Source: Candidatus Sysuiplasma jiujiangense
Lineage (GTDB): Archaea > Thermoplasmatota > Thermoplasmata > Sysuiplasmatales > Sysuiplasmataceae
Direction: 5' to 3'
Length of the DNA stretch: 20,000 nt
Assembly: GCA_019721075.1 (NCBI GenBank)
Contig: JAHEAD010000003.1
Span: 121,293 to 141,292, forward strand
The notes beneath the pieces are model-generated. The model was not told where the DNA came from. It searched no databases and saw only the letters and a list, made by a program, of their open reading frames with translations. The position numbers were made by a program, and so were the translations under genes. Positions 9,201 to 16,808 of the stretch are shown here, in pieces (position 1 is the first letter of the stretch; each line of letters opens with the position of its first letter).

Positions 9201-9619
9201 AAGAAGTTTCTGGCGATTGAAGCAATGCCTTCCAGGTACCTGACCGGCTGGCTGATTCCCGAATCTGCGGGATTAAGACATTCCAGGAGTATTGCATATT
9301 TCATTTCCCCGGCTGTCGCCACCGGCAGTGCACATGACATGGTTGCGCCGGTTTCAACGCAGTATACGGTACCTGCAGCAACACATTTTCTGGCAGCTGA
9401 AACGGCTTCATCAGGCATAATAGCTGAGCCGGGCTTACCGTTCACATCGATTCGGTCAAAAAGATCGGGTGATGAACTGTAAAACCGGAACAGTGATGCA
9501 GATTTTGCACCCGAAAGGATCATCAGCTGCCCGGAGAGCCCTGTAAGAAGTTCCTCAGCGATCCCCTTCATGACGGAGTTGCTGTGGAGATACCGGCCTT
9601 TTGCTGAGGAAACTGACAT
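6296..9619 (-). CDS. Large multi-GAF-domain protein (1107 aa) with no recognisable output domain
   Basis: Clear GAF signatures at ~7330-7750 (GVSGRVLRNGVPEIVNDY...IATVPV...GHISVLN) and ~6340-6770 (GITGVVFRTMKPMLVADA...LMATPLIVRGEVLGVLVV...FSAAELKSL). Probable GAF at ~6850-7250 and weaker GAF-like units toward the N-terminus. Confidence 0.8.
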   Translation of the reverse strand: MSVSSAKGRYLHSNSVMKGIAEELLTGLSGQLMILSGAKSASLFRFYSSSPDLFDRIDVNGKPGSAIMPDEAVSAARKCVAAGTVYCVETGATMSCALPVATAGEMKYAILLECLNPADSGISQPVRYLEGIASIARNFFSEICDARSSSVMRDELIGIVSELTASSSTKSALLRLGEEFCSKYSLDGIALYASFPDGLFNVWSYGLPVRLSAFGNEIQDAVSSQCVGRTLSGNSADGTELHCSIIPILSKQGRFAVVLQNHSEIELYVEEIARNAYTIAFSMFDKSRQAYSISEDVIELFDRGISAAIEGGITDTGSVISLIMDLFVSGGYFEEYRLLPEGDIRTNIDETIPSGRSEEIRLPPNEAAACYEASSTLGLQFVRGNFTKLAFSFTDNRGNRWTVLATVKTPLISEVEALLWHRFHNMFGALFRTFSLRIDEKSLAAGINDLERGMTSLSASLISLGSSRSIRETLTRLNEFMREMGVLSAVYAEDGERFERIDSGNGDRIVFTKAFLELLISSSRKVNMFIHELGNSAFTDNFSHLFEKDGNCSNYVMVLKDSNKAIRGFIIFRDEEGAEISPVRFRQIANSSIAANLKVSLLDAELSMKSEKVAVEGIGNVLDFISRSEGLQAVTAKIAETAAYVTNSPSAIAVIQDMERDVEAVSGSYGVQRVPSLASRTSTGVSGRVLRNGVPEIVNDYAQDRDRSAAHLEAYGIERIATVPVMIDIKYRGHISVLNTFEGSYRPYHLRILEKLSQILAFTFKYVNEKELKSRLLDDFDMLQDAEIALYSCDNTAGLLDEICTRTKQLLKASGVLLVSDINGIKRVINTTDASVEISSVVYDGGIIGMQFDESPYEARIVERVKMEEEWSSRLSISQMLLVRLSSQNNIVVAAYCKTDENSFSTPDIDRMNRLSRIASAAMDKLLLVEGLNSQLRHLEIMHLIVDSFVKRKSEVEVVSEIIPKVVEICNADVGLLWKHDGTRSKNIVVGEFYRTGKSENLVGTEVDAWKGITGVVFRTMKPMLVADASLDNYAVQLEGTEKQPFETLMATPLIVRGEVLGVLVVYRDRQPSFSAAELKSLIGLSEDISVVMSKYFGDGRSTRSDA

Positions 9620-9680
9620 TGTTTTTCACTTGCCAGAATTGAATATAATAATTGCCATGCAATTCACATCGTCGCAACTT

Positions 9681-9705
9681 CACCCGGCAGGATATAAACC
9701 GGGTG
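9681..9705. promoter_or_regulatory. Inverted repeat CACCCGG-N11-CCGGGTG enclosing a TATA-like GATATAAA; candidate operator
   Basis: Perfect 7-bp arms seen directly, in the divergent intergenic region between the GAF and HAD-like genes. Confidence 0.4.
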
Positions 9706-9767
9706 GACTCCGGGAGAGCACGGCCCGATTTACGTTCATTTTGTCAACATATATAGTCGCAGACAGC

Positions 9768-10484
9768 ATGGAGCCCGAAGAATACATGAAAGCCGCCGGT
9801 CTGATAATCGGGTATGAGTGTCTTTTCGACTGCAGTACTGACCAGCTGAAGCTGCCTGCTGCAGTCCTGGGCGACATATACAGTCTGCTGAAAATGGAGG
9901 GCGTCCATGTGGATGAGGAGAGGTTGTCCTATCTTTTCGATTTCCATCTGGATGAAAGGATGAAAAGAATACAGAATTCCTTTGCGGAGACGGCAGTTTC
10001 GGATGTTGCGGGCAGGGTGCTCGAAGACATTGAGATAGACGATGTTTCGCTGACAAACAGGATCGTGAATATTGTTGCGGAACATTATCTGAGTCATTCC
10101 GCAGTCCGGCCGGAGGCGAGGAGCTTTCTTGAAAAAATGAGGAAGGATATGAAGATAGGCCTTGTATGCAATTCCCCGCTTGGAATTCCGCATACAAGAT
10201 TGTCTGTTCAGATAAGGGATGCGGAAATTTCAGCCTGTTTTGATGACATGCAGTTCTCATCAGAAATGGGCATGTGCAGACCTCATGCAAGGCAATTCCG
10301 CTTTGCGCTGAGCAACCTGGGCCTGAGCGGGGAGGAATGCATGGCGATTACAGCGATAAAGGGAGATATCGATACACTCAGAAAACTTTCTTTTGCACGC
10401 GTATACTATCTCGGAGAAGGAAACAGCGGAGGACAGCAGGTATTCGGAACAGAGGTGCTGGAACATATCCGGGCGGATGTTTAA
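9768..10484 (+). CDS. HAD-superfamily (subfamily IA-like) protein with degenerate catalytic motifs
   Basis: Spacing and residues follow HAD-IA: RPEARSFLEKMRK.MKIGLVCN, FDDMQFSSEMGMCRP, FRFALSNLGLSGEECMAI. Start is probably ATG 9768 or 9786; the ORF-track start (9570) overlaps the GAF gene. Confidence 0.7.
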   Translation: MEPEEYMKAAGLIIGYECLFDCSTDQLKLPAAVLGDIYSLLKMEGVHVDEERLSYLFDFHLDERMKRIQNSFAETAVSDVAGRVLEDIEIDDVSLTNRIVNIVAEHYLSHSAVRPEARSFLEKMRKDMKIGLVCNSPLGIPHTRLSVQIRDAEISACFDDMQFSSEMGMCRPHARQFRFALSNLGLSGEECMAITAIKGDIDTLRKLSFARVYYLGEGNSGGQQVFGTEVLEHIRADV

Positions 10485-10485
10485 A

Positions 10486-11433
10486 TCACTCCCATTCAAT
10501 TGTTGCGGGAGGCTTGTTGGTTATGTCAAACACCACCCGTGTGACATCGCTTCCCAGCGTATTGGTGATCCTGGTGGATATGTTCTCGAGCACCTCATGC
10601 GGAATGTCCGAAAAGCGGGCGGTCATCGCATCTGTTGATCTCACCGCCCTCACGACTACCGTTTCACCGTAGGCCCTCTCATCCCCCTGCACCCCCACGC
10701 TCCTGACCGGAAGGAGCACCGCGAAGTACTGCCACGGAAGTTCGCCGATCATGCCTTCCGAGTGCGCCTTTTCCAGTTCTTCTTCAACAATGGCACACGC
10801 TTCCCGCTCGATATTTACCCTGTGGGTGTTTATAGGTCCCAGTATCCTTACCGCCAATCCGGGACCCGGAAACGGCTGCCTGTCGACAGACCCTATCCCC
10901 AGGCACCGCGCGACAGAGCGCACCTCATCCTTGTACAGATCGCGCAGCGGTTCTACCAGCCTGAGCCTCATGCCTTCAGGAAGACCTCCCACATTATGGT
11001 GCGACTTGATCCTGTCTCTCAGCGAATCGCCGCTTTCTATCCAGTCGGGAGCAATTGTTCCCTGCACCAGCCATTCGGCGCCAAAAAGCTTTGCCTCTTC
11101 CTCAAAAATTTCTATAAATTTCCTGCCTATTATCTGCCTTTTCATTTCAGGATCTGTCACGTTCTCGAGCAGCTTCAGAAACTTTCCTTCCGCATTTACA
11201 ATCTTGAAGTTCAATTCCAGACTGTAAAAGAGGGTAGTGACATTCTCGGTTTCCCCTTTCCTCATGAAACCGGTGTCAACATAGATGCACAGAAGCCTTT
11301 CTCCTATAGCCCTGTTTGTGAGAACAGCGGCCACTGTGCTGTCGATTCCACCTGAAAGCGCGATAACAGCCCTGCCCTTTATTTCCCCGCTCAGTTTTGT
11401 TATCTGGCTTTCGATGAAATCCTCTGCATTCAT
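10486..11433 (-). CDS. guaAB: GMP synthase subunit B (ATP pyrophosphatase)
   Basis: PP-loop ALSGGIDS, QGTIAPDWIES, IKSHHNVGG, PFPGPGLAVR, C-terminal KPPATIEWE. Confidence 0.95.
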   Translation of the reverse strand: MNAEDFIESQITKLSGEIKGRAVIALSGGIDSTVAAVLTNRAIGERLLCIYVDTGFMRKGETENVTTLFYSLELNFKIVNAEGKFLKLLENVTDPEMKRQIIGRKFIEIFEEEAKLFGAEWLVQGTIAPDWIESGDSLRDRIKSHHNVGGLPEGMRLRLVEPLRDLYKDEVRSVARCLGIGSVDRQPFPGPGLAVRILGPINTHRVNIEREACAIVEEELEKAHSEGMIGELPWQYFAVLLPVRSVGVQGDERAYGETVVVRAVRSTDAMTARFSDIPHEVLENISTRITNTLGSDVTRVVFDITNKPPATIEWE

Positions 11434-11448
11434 CCGCTAACAACCTTT

Positions 11449-11480
11449 TCCTCCATTGGAGGACGGAGTTTAAATATTAA
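11449..11480 (-). promoter_or_regulatory. Putative guaAB promoter: TATA-like TTAATATTTAAA plus palindrome TCCTCCA-T-TGGAGGA
   Basis: AT-rich box at 11469-11480 and a perfect 7-1-7 palindrome at 11449-11463, upstream of ATG 11433. Confidence 0.45.
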
Positions 11481-11524
11481 GCGATGCGGGCAAACAGAGG
11501 CTAAACGGCTGTACACCGTCGTTC

Positions 11525-11872
11525 CTATGTCTTCATTATGGCAAAGAGGAAAACAAGTACAGCGATCACTGCACCTATAATGGCGGCGATGATGCTCAGA
11601 AATGCTCCCCAAATGACCAGGCCAAGTCCCGGCTGCGTATAGCTGTACTGCTGCGCAAGTGAAAGCCAGACAACTGCAACAATGATTCCCACTACCAGAA
11701 GGACGGCACCGACAGCCCTGCTTTTTCCGGTGCCGAAATAGGAAGTGAAAGCACCCGCAAGCACCATGAAGATGCTGAATGTCAGGAGCATCACTGTCAC
11801 GAAATTTCCGAGATTCTGTGCAGGTACAGCATCCGAAACCGCCAGGGCAGACAGAATTGAAACTGAATACAT
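11525..11872 (-). CDS. Small membrane protein of unknown function (about 3 TM helices)
   Basis: Strongly hydrophobic ORF, GAFTSYFGTGKSR loop, GAGGT SD-like motif upstream, 29 nt downstream of the co-oriented Lrp gene. Confidence 0.75.
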   Translation of the reverse strand: MYSVSILSALAVSDAVPAQNLGNFVTVMLLTFSIFMVLAGAFTSYFGTGKSRAVGAVLLVVGIIVAVVWLSLAQQYSYTQPGLGLVIWGAFLSIIAAIIGAVIAVLVFLFAIMKT

Positions 11873-11901
11873 AGTTTATCGACCTCGTATCGCCTCAGTC
11901 T

Positions 11902-12135
11902 TTAAAACTTTATGCCAGTGAGTGTTTTCGTGTCTATAACGCCCTGTATTGCCCTTATCTTGTCCACTACAACCTGACCCAGCGTGTTGAAGTCCTCTGC
12001 CTCGATTTTGGCGATGAGATCATATTCGCCAAAGAGAGGGTGAAGTTCGACTATCTCCTTAACCTTCAGAAGTTCGTTATAGACTTCGTGTTCCTTCGCC
12101 GGCGCGGTGCTGATAAGGACAAAACCGATGGCCAT
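11902..12135 (-). CDS. Stand-alone Lrp/AsnC ligand-binding (RAM) domain protein
   Basis: GFVLI...ELHPLFGEYDLIAKIE...IRAIQGVIDTKTL. No HTH domain. AGGAG SD motif upstream. Confidence 0.9.
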   Translation of the reverse strand: MAIGFVLISTAPAKEHEVYNELLKVKEIVELHPLFGEYDLIAKIEAEDFNTLGQVVVDKIRAIQGVIDTKTLTGIKF

Positions 12136-12160
12136 AAAGTATACTCCTGTAGGTAAATGG

Positions 12161-12176
12161 TCTTTTATTTAAAAGA
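12161..12176 (-). promoter_or_regulatory. TATA box of the Lrp gene inside palindrome TCTTTTA-TT-TAAAAGA
   Basis: TTTTAAAT on the minus strand about 32 nt upstream of ATG 12135, with perfect 7-bp arms. Confidence 0.5.
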
Positions 12177-12449
12177 TTATGTTTTGCAGCACGTACCGGG
12201 TTTGAATGAAGACTGTAGTCTGCGGGCACATCATAAACCTCATATCAGGAACAACCGGCAATGCTGTAAAACTGAGTAAAATGCGGATGCACAGGTTTCC
12301 TTCACAGGAGGCGGGAGTTGTATATGCCGGCTTGAGAAAGCGTTGGGGATACGTGCAGACCCGGCCCATAGCTGCCGATGCAGCCACCGGCGGAAAACAT
12401 TTCATCCAGTGTACCGGATTGTGCGCCCGTTTTATGAACAACCTGCCCT

Positions 12450-13991
12450 ATGACGGATGGGAATCGGATGAGCAATGAGAATTTTTCAGAATCGTGCGGG
12501 AAGTTAATGTGGAAATTCCCGATCACCACTCTCGAAGGATTTCAGGCAAATCCGGTGGAAAATACAGGCGGCAGCATAATCTGGGGAGAGAACCTGTCTG
12601 TTATGCGGTCGCTGCCATCCGGATTTATTGATTTGATATACGCGGATCCGCCCTTCTTCAGCAGGAAGGAATACAGAAAGCTGGAGGGCGGAATCTTAAG
12701 GGATGTTTTTTCCGACAGATGGGGTGCCGGTGTGGATGAATACATATCATGGCTGAAACCGAGAGTTGAGGAGATGAGGAGACTTCTTTCGGAAACAGGT
12801 TCCATCTACATGCATGTAGACTGGCATGCCGTCCATTACGTGAAAGTAATGATGGACGCATTACTGGGATACAGGAATTTTATCAATGAAATTATCTGGC
12901 ACTATCACGATCCCGGCGGAACTGTCCGGGACCGGTTCAAGAAGAAGCATGATACTATACTTTTTTATGCGAAAAATGCCGAAAGACACAAATTCAATCT
13001 CGACGCCGTCAGGACACGTTACAGTACCGGCACACTTTACCAGGCAAGGAGGAGGGATATCTCGTTCGGAAGGCCTACAAGGGTCAATGAGCTCGGCAAA
13101 GTTCCCGAAGATGTCTGGGAAATACCGATAATCAACAGCCAGGCCAGAGAAAGAACAGGTTTTCCGACGCAGAAACCCGAGGCATTGCTTGAGAAAATTG
13201 TAAAGGCTTCGTCATCGGAAGGAGACATTGTGGCGGATTTCTTTTCAGGCAGCGGAACGACCGCCGCAGTCGCGGAAAGACTCGGAAGGAGATGGATAGC
13301 TTCCGACATCTCTCCGGTTTCCATCCAGGCAATTTCGACCAGACTCTCGGGATTGAGTAAAGTTGAATCGGATCGGATGACAGGAGACAGGGAAGCCCGG
13401 ATACTGTCGTGCGGCATAATCAGAAACAGCAGCCGTGAGGAAACTGTCTCGCGGCTCAGGGAGATAGCCGGTGTGATTGCAGCCGATTTCTTTTCGGTCA
13501 TAATGCCGTCGAATCTGCTCGACGAAGGAGAAACCAGTACCGGTGACGAATGGGATGAAATAAGTGAACTGATGGAAGGGGGAGGCAGAAATAAATGGGT
13601 AATATGCAATGGATTTGATGAGAAAAGGGTAGTGGCCGAACGATTCTGTCCTGACGACTGCTGCATCCTGATCAGCACGGTTAATCCCCACAGCGACATG
13701 CTGCTCGGCACTGACAAATTCGTCAGATTGAATGTCCCCCCGGAAATCGGTATAGTGAAAGATCCGCGGGAAAACGGGACGATACGCGTATTTGCCAGGT
13801 CGAGGGATAACAGCAGGCTTGAGAGTGTCAGGTTTTTTGATGCCAGCGGTGGCGATATTCCTCTGCAGATGAGCACAGGCCGCGATGGCGTCGAGTTCGC
13901 GGTCCGGCAGGAAAGAGCGGAAAACTGCAATCCGGAAAGATGTTTTGTGAGGGATACCAACGGAAGCATGGCGTTGATGATTTTTCACTGA
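12450..13991 (+). CDS. Beta-class amino (N6-A/N4-C) DNA methyltransferase with a C-terminal extension
   Basis: Motif [12 protein letters not shown] precedes motif [10 protein letters not shown]; also [29 protein letters not shown]. Alternative starts at 12468 and 12507. Confidence 0.9.
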   Translation: MTDGNRMSNENFSESCGKLMWKFPITTLEGFQANPVENTGGSIIWGENLSVMRSLPSGFIDLIYADPPFFSRKEYRKLEGGILRDVFSDRWGAGVDEYISWLKPRVEEMRRLLSETGSIYMHVDWHAVHYVKVMMDALLGYRNFINEIIWHYHDPGGTVRDRFKKKHDTILFYAKNAERHKFNLDAVRTRYSTGTLYQARRRDISFGRPTRVNELGKVPEDVWEIPIINSQARERTGFPTQKPEALLEKIVKASSSEGDIVADFFSGSGTTAAVAERLGRRWIASDISPVSIQAISTRLSGLSKVESDRMTGDREARILSCGIIRNSSREETVSRLREIAGVIAADFFSVIMPSNLLDEGETSTGDEWDEISELMEGGGRNKWVICNGFDEKRVVAERFCPDDCCILISTVNPHSDMLLGTDKFVRLNVPPEIGIVKDPRENGTIRVFARSRDNSRLESVRFFDASGGDIPLQMSTGRDGVEFAVRQERAENCNPERCFVRDTNGSMALMIFH

Positions 13992-14024
13992 ACAGAATCA
14001 GGTTCGGGTATCCGGACGGAGAAT

Positions 14025-14957
14025 TCAGCCGTATTCATCCTTCCACCTGAGCAGGAGATTTTCCCAGCTTACCGACTGCGATATACCGCCCTTGCCAGAA
14101 AGGGACATGGCCGCCATTGTGTTTCCTATCTGCACGGCGCTGATCATGTCTTTCTTCCTGTAGAGAGCAGCATAGAAACCCGCCCTGAATGCGTCTCCTG
14201 CGCCTATTGTGTCAACCAGCTGTTCAACAGACGCAGCCCTGACGACATGAGATGAATCTGACGTGATTACATATGTGCCCTTCCTGCCCGCTGTTTTCAG
14301 CACGGTACGGCAGTAATCAGCCAGTTCATTCTCATTTTTCAGCGACATGAGCTTCACAGCGGTCCTGATTTCCTTCTCGTTGCTGAAAAAAATATTGCAG
14401 CCCGAAAGGAGCTCCCTGAATATGCCCGGTGCGTACCTGTAACTGATCTCCTGCCCCGGATCGAAATTGTAATCCGTCCCTGCAACAGCCCGTCTGTATC
14501 GCCGGGGATCGCCTGTTGCAACATGAACTACCGAGCTGTCTGCGACTGCATGCTCCCAAAGCGGCAGTTCGGATGTGCTGTCCATCGCTCCCTGTTCAAT
14601 GACATACGACTGCTCTCTGCCGTCATCGAATATGTGGCACCTCGGTGTTCTGTCGCTCCTGCATACAATTGCATCATATGTGTCGACTGCATTTTCATTG
14701 AGCAGGCTTGAGAACGATGCATCAAAATCTTCGCCAAGATAGCATCCCAGCGCTGTCGGGACGCCCAGCCGTGCCGAATGCACTGCGATATTCCCGGCGG
14801 TGCCCCCGAACTGAATTTCCACAGATTCTGCATTAATCGACCTTCCCGGGGAAGGAAGCCTGGGAACCCTGTAGATAATGTCCATGTTGACATGCCCCAG
14901 CACGCCCAGGTAATTCTTCCTCCTCCGCCTTTTCCCGAGTCTTGACCACTCTTTCAT
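14025..14957 (-). CDS. PfkB/ribokinase-family kinase, probably a nucleoside kinase
   Basis: Motifs FGGTAGN, FDPGQ, FSNEKE, DTIGAGDAFRAGF. ATGA overlap with ahcY. Confidence 0.88.
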   Translation of the reverse strand: MKEWSRLGKRRRRKNYLGVLGHVNMDIIYRVPRLPSPGRSINAESVEIQFGGTAGNIAVHSARLGVPTALGCYLGEDFDASFSSLLNENAVDTYDAIVCRSDRTPRCHIFDDGREQSYVIEQGAMDSTSELPLWEHAVADSSVVHVATGDPRRYRRAVAGTDYNFDPGQEISYRYAPGIFRELLSGCNIFFSNEKEIRTAVKLMSLKNENELADYCRTVLKTAGRKGTYVITSDSSHVVRAASVEQLVDTIGAGDAFRAGFYAALYRKKDMISAVQIGNTMAAMSLSGKGGISQSVSWENLLLRWKDEYG

Positions 14958-16213
14958 GTTCCCATTGTCCAGGAGGAAAGGTAGTTCTTCTGAACTTCAG
15001 TGAGTGAATCTATGCCGATGCCGAGTGCACGCAGCTTCATACGTGCAAGTTCCGCATCGACCTCCCTCGGCAGGACATGAACACCCGGCTCCATCCTGCC
15101 TCTGTTTTCTGCCAGAAACTCCGCGCCCCTTGCCTGCAGTGAAAAGCTCAGATCCATTATTTCAGCGGGATGCCCCTGTCCTGCTACGAGATTGACCAGG
15201 CGGCCATCGGCGAGCAGATTGATCTTTTTCCCGTTTTCAAGCGTATGCTCTTCCACATATTCCCTGACCTGCTTTCCGCTGCTCTTCTTTCGAAGCGCTT
15301 CAACATCTATCTCCAAGTTGAAGTGGCCCGCATTGGAAAGAATGCAGCCGCTTTTTGCCTTCAGCATGTGATCGTATGTCACCACATCCCTGCAGCCGGT
15401 GGCTGTAATGACGAAGTCGGCATTTGCGATGGCCCTGTCCATGCTGGAAACCTCGAAACCGTCCATGTTTGCCTCAACTGCCTTGACGGGATCAATCTCC
15501 GTGACGGTAACAATTGCGCCCATACCGCGTGCTCTCTGGGCTATGCCTCTTCCGCACCAGCCGTATCCGGCAACGACTGTCCTTTTGCCTGCAAGAAGGA
15601 GGTTGGTTGCATTCATTATGCCGTCAAAAGATGACTGCCCTGTTCCATACCTGTTGTCAAAGAGATATTTCATGTACGAATCGTTGACTGCGAGAACAGG
15701 AAAACGCAGTTTTCCTTCATTTGCCATCGCCTTGAGCCTGACGACGCCTGTTGTCGTCTCCTCATTCCCTCCGATGATTTTTCCAAGCAGTTCCTTTCTT
15801 CCCGTATGCACCATCGCTATCAAATCCGCTCCGTCATCAATGAGTATATCTGGTCTAATGTCCAGCACGGAGTTCAGATTGGAATAATACTCTTCACCGG
15901 TTTCACCCTTTCTGGCATGCGTTTCGAGACCGAAATGCCCGTTCAGGGCTAAAGACACAGAATCGTCCGTGGACAGCGGATTGCAGCTGGCAAGCCTTAC
16001 TTCAGCACCGGCCTCTCTAAGCGCCAGGGCAAGGCATGCAGTTTTAGCTTCGACATGAAGGGCCATCGCGATCTTCAGACCTTTAAGCATACCCCTTTCT
16101 GCTATTCGCCTGGAAGTCAGAGAAAGGACGTCCATATGCGTTTTAGCCCATTCGATCCGCCTGATTCCCTTCTCGAGAATATCCTTATCCGTTGAACCAC
16201 CAGAACCGGGCAT
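14954..16213 (-). CDS. ahcY: Adenosylhomocysteinase
   Basis: Motifs LHVEAKTA, SCNPLSTDD, DDGADL, EETTTGV, KYLFDNRYGTGQS, GYGWCGRG, GRLVNL, GHPAEIMDLSF. Confidence 0.97.
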   Translation of the reverse strand: MPGSGGSTDKDILEKGIRRIEWAKTHMDVLSLTSRRIAERGMLKGLKIAMALHVEAKTACLALALREAGAEVRLASCNPLSTDDSVSLALNGHFGLETHARKGETGEEYYSNLNSVLDIRPDILIDDGADLIAMVHTGRKELLGKIIGGNEETTTGVVRLKAMANEGKLRFPVLAVNDSYMKYLFDNRYGTGQSSFDGIMNATNLLLAGKRTVVAGYGWCGRGIAQRARGMGAIVTVTEIDPVKAVEANMDGFEVSSMDRAIANADFVITATGCRDVVTYDHMLKAKSGCILSNAGHFNLEIDVEALRKKSSGKQVREYVEEHTLENGKKINLLADGRLVNLVAGQGHPAEIMDLSFSLQARGAEFLAENRGRMEPGVHVLPREVDAELARMKLRALGIGIDSLTEVQKNYLSSWTMGT

Positions 16214-16284
16214 GTATTGAAGAGCGTTATTATTTTAATTGCTACTGAAGCAGAATAACGGCACTTAGAACTGAAGAGGAAAAA

Positions 16285-16629
16285 TCAGGATATCTTCTGG
16301 AATATCTCCGAAATCTCCCGTTCGATTATGGAAGTGAATTCGCGGGTAACATCCTCCTTCATGTCAGGCGGTATCATCTCAAGGCCAATTCTTGCAGCTA
16401 TCTTACCCAGGCGCATCATGGCATACCCCTCCTTTATTCTGGCTTCAATAAGATCCTCAACAGCGATCTTTATCTGTTCCTTCAATGCCGGATCTTTCTC
16501 GATCCTCGACATTATCCTTTTTTTTATTTCGTCCTTGACGATATCCTGCATCGCCTGGACGAAAACACTCTCGGTGTCCATCAGCTTAAATGATTCGCGT
16601 GTGAGTTTGGTGACTATATCTTCAGGCAT
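16285..16629 (-). CDS. Hypothetical, predicted all-alpha protein (114 aa)
   Basis: Charged amphipathic-helix composition from MPEDIVTKL, with GGAGAG upstream. The longer ORF-track start (16734) looks like non-coding extension. Confidence 0.72.
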   Translation of the reverse strand: MPEDIVTKLTRESFKLMDTESVFVQAMQDIVKDEIKKRIMSRIEKDPALKEQIKIAVEDLIEARIKEGYAMMRLGKIAARIGLEMIPPDMKEDVTREFTSIIEREISEIFQKIS

Positions 16630-16808
16630 CCTGATGCGCTCTCCCTGCCAGGTAACATGGATGTATTGCACTATATTATGATAAGTCTTTAGTTTTCGCA
16701 GTGCTGCAAAGGAACAGCGCCTGCATCCATCCACCTTTCCCCTGCCGTACTACCTATCACAATATGAGCACAAAGAACTTAATCTAATAACGCAAATGGC
16801 AGCCGGTA

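Noticed and set aside
8868..9482. 204-aa plus-strand ORF inside the GAF gene
   Set aside because: Ser-rich antisense shadow with no recognisable motifs.
6227..9706. CCGGGTGG present on both sides of the GAF gene as a possible target-site duplication
   Set aside because: An 8-mer match in CCGG-rich DNA is plausible by chance, and no mobility gene lies between the copies.
9570..9767. N-terminal extension of the HAD-like ORF
   Set aside because: Overlaps the divergent GAF start and promoter region; HAD similarity begins only near 9786.
10751..11355. 158-aa and 197-aa ORFs opposite guaAB
   Set aside because: Shadows of a highly conserved gene.
12206..12275. Possible C/D-box sRNA (ATGAAGA ... 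CTGA)
   Set aside because: No convincing internal D'/C' boxes, and the spacing is longer than typical.
13037..13988. Long antisense ORFs (310 aa and 247 aa) opposite the MTase
   Set aside because: Fully nested opposite a motif-bearing gene, shadow-like composition, no motifs.
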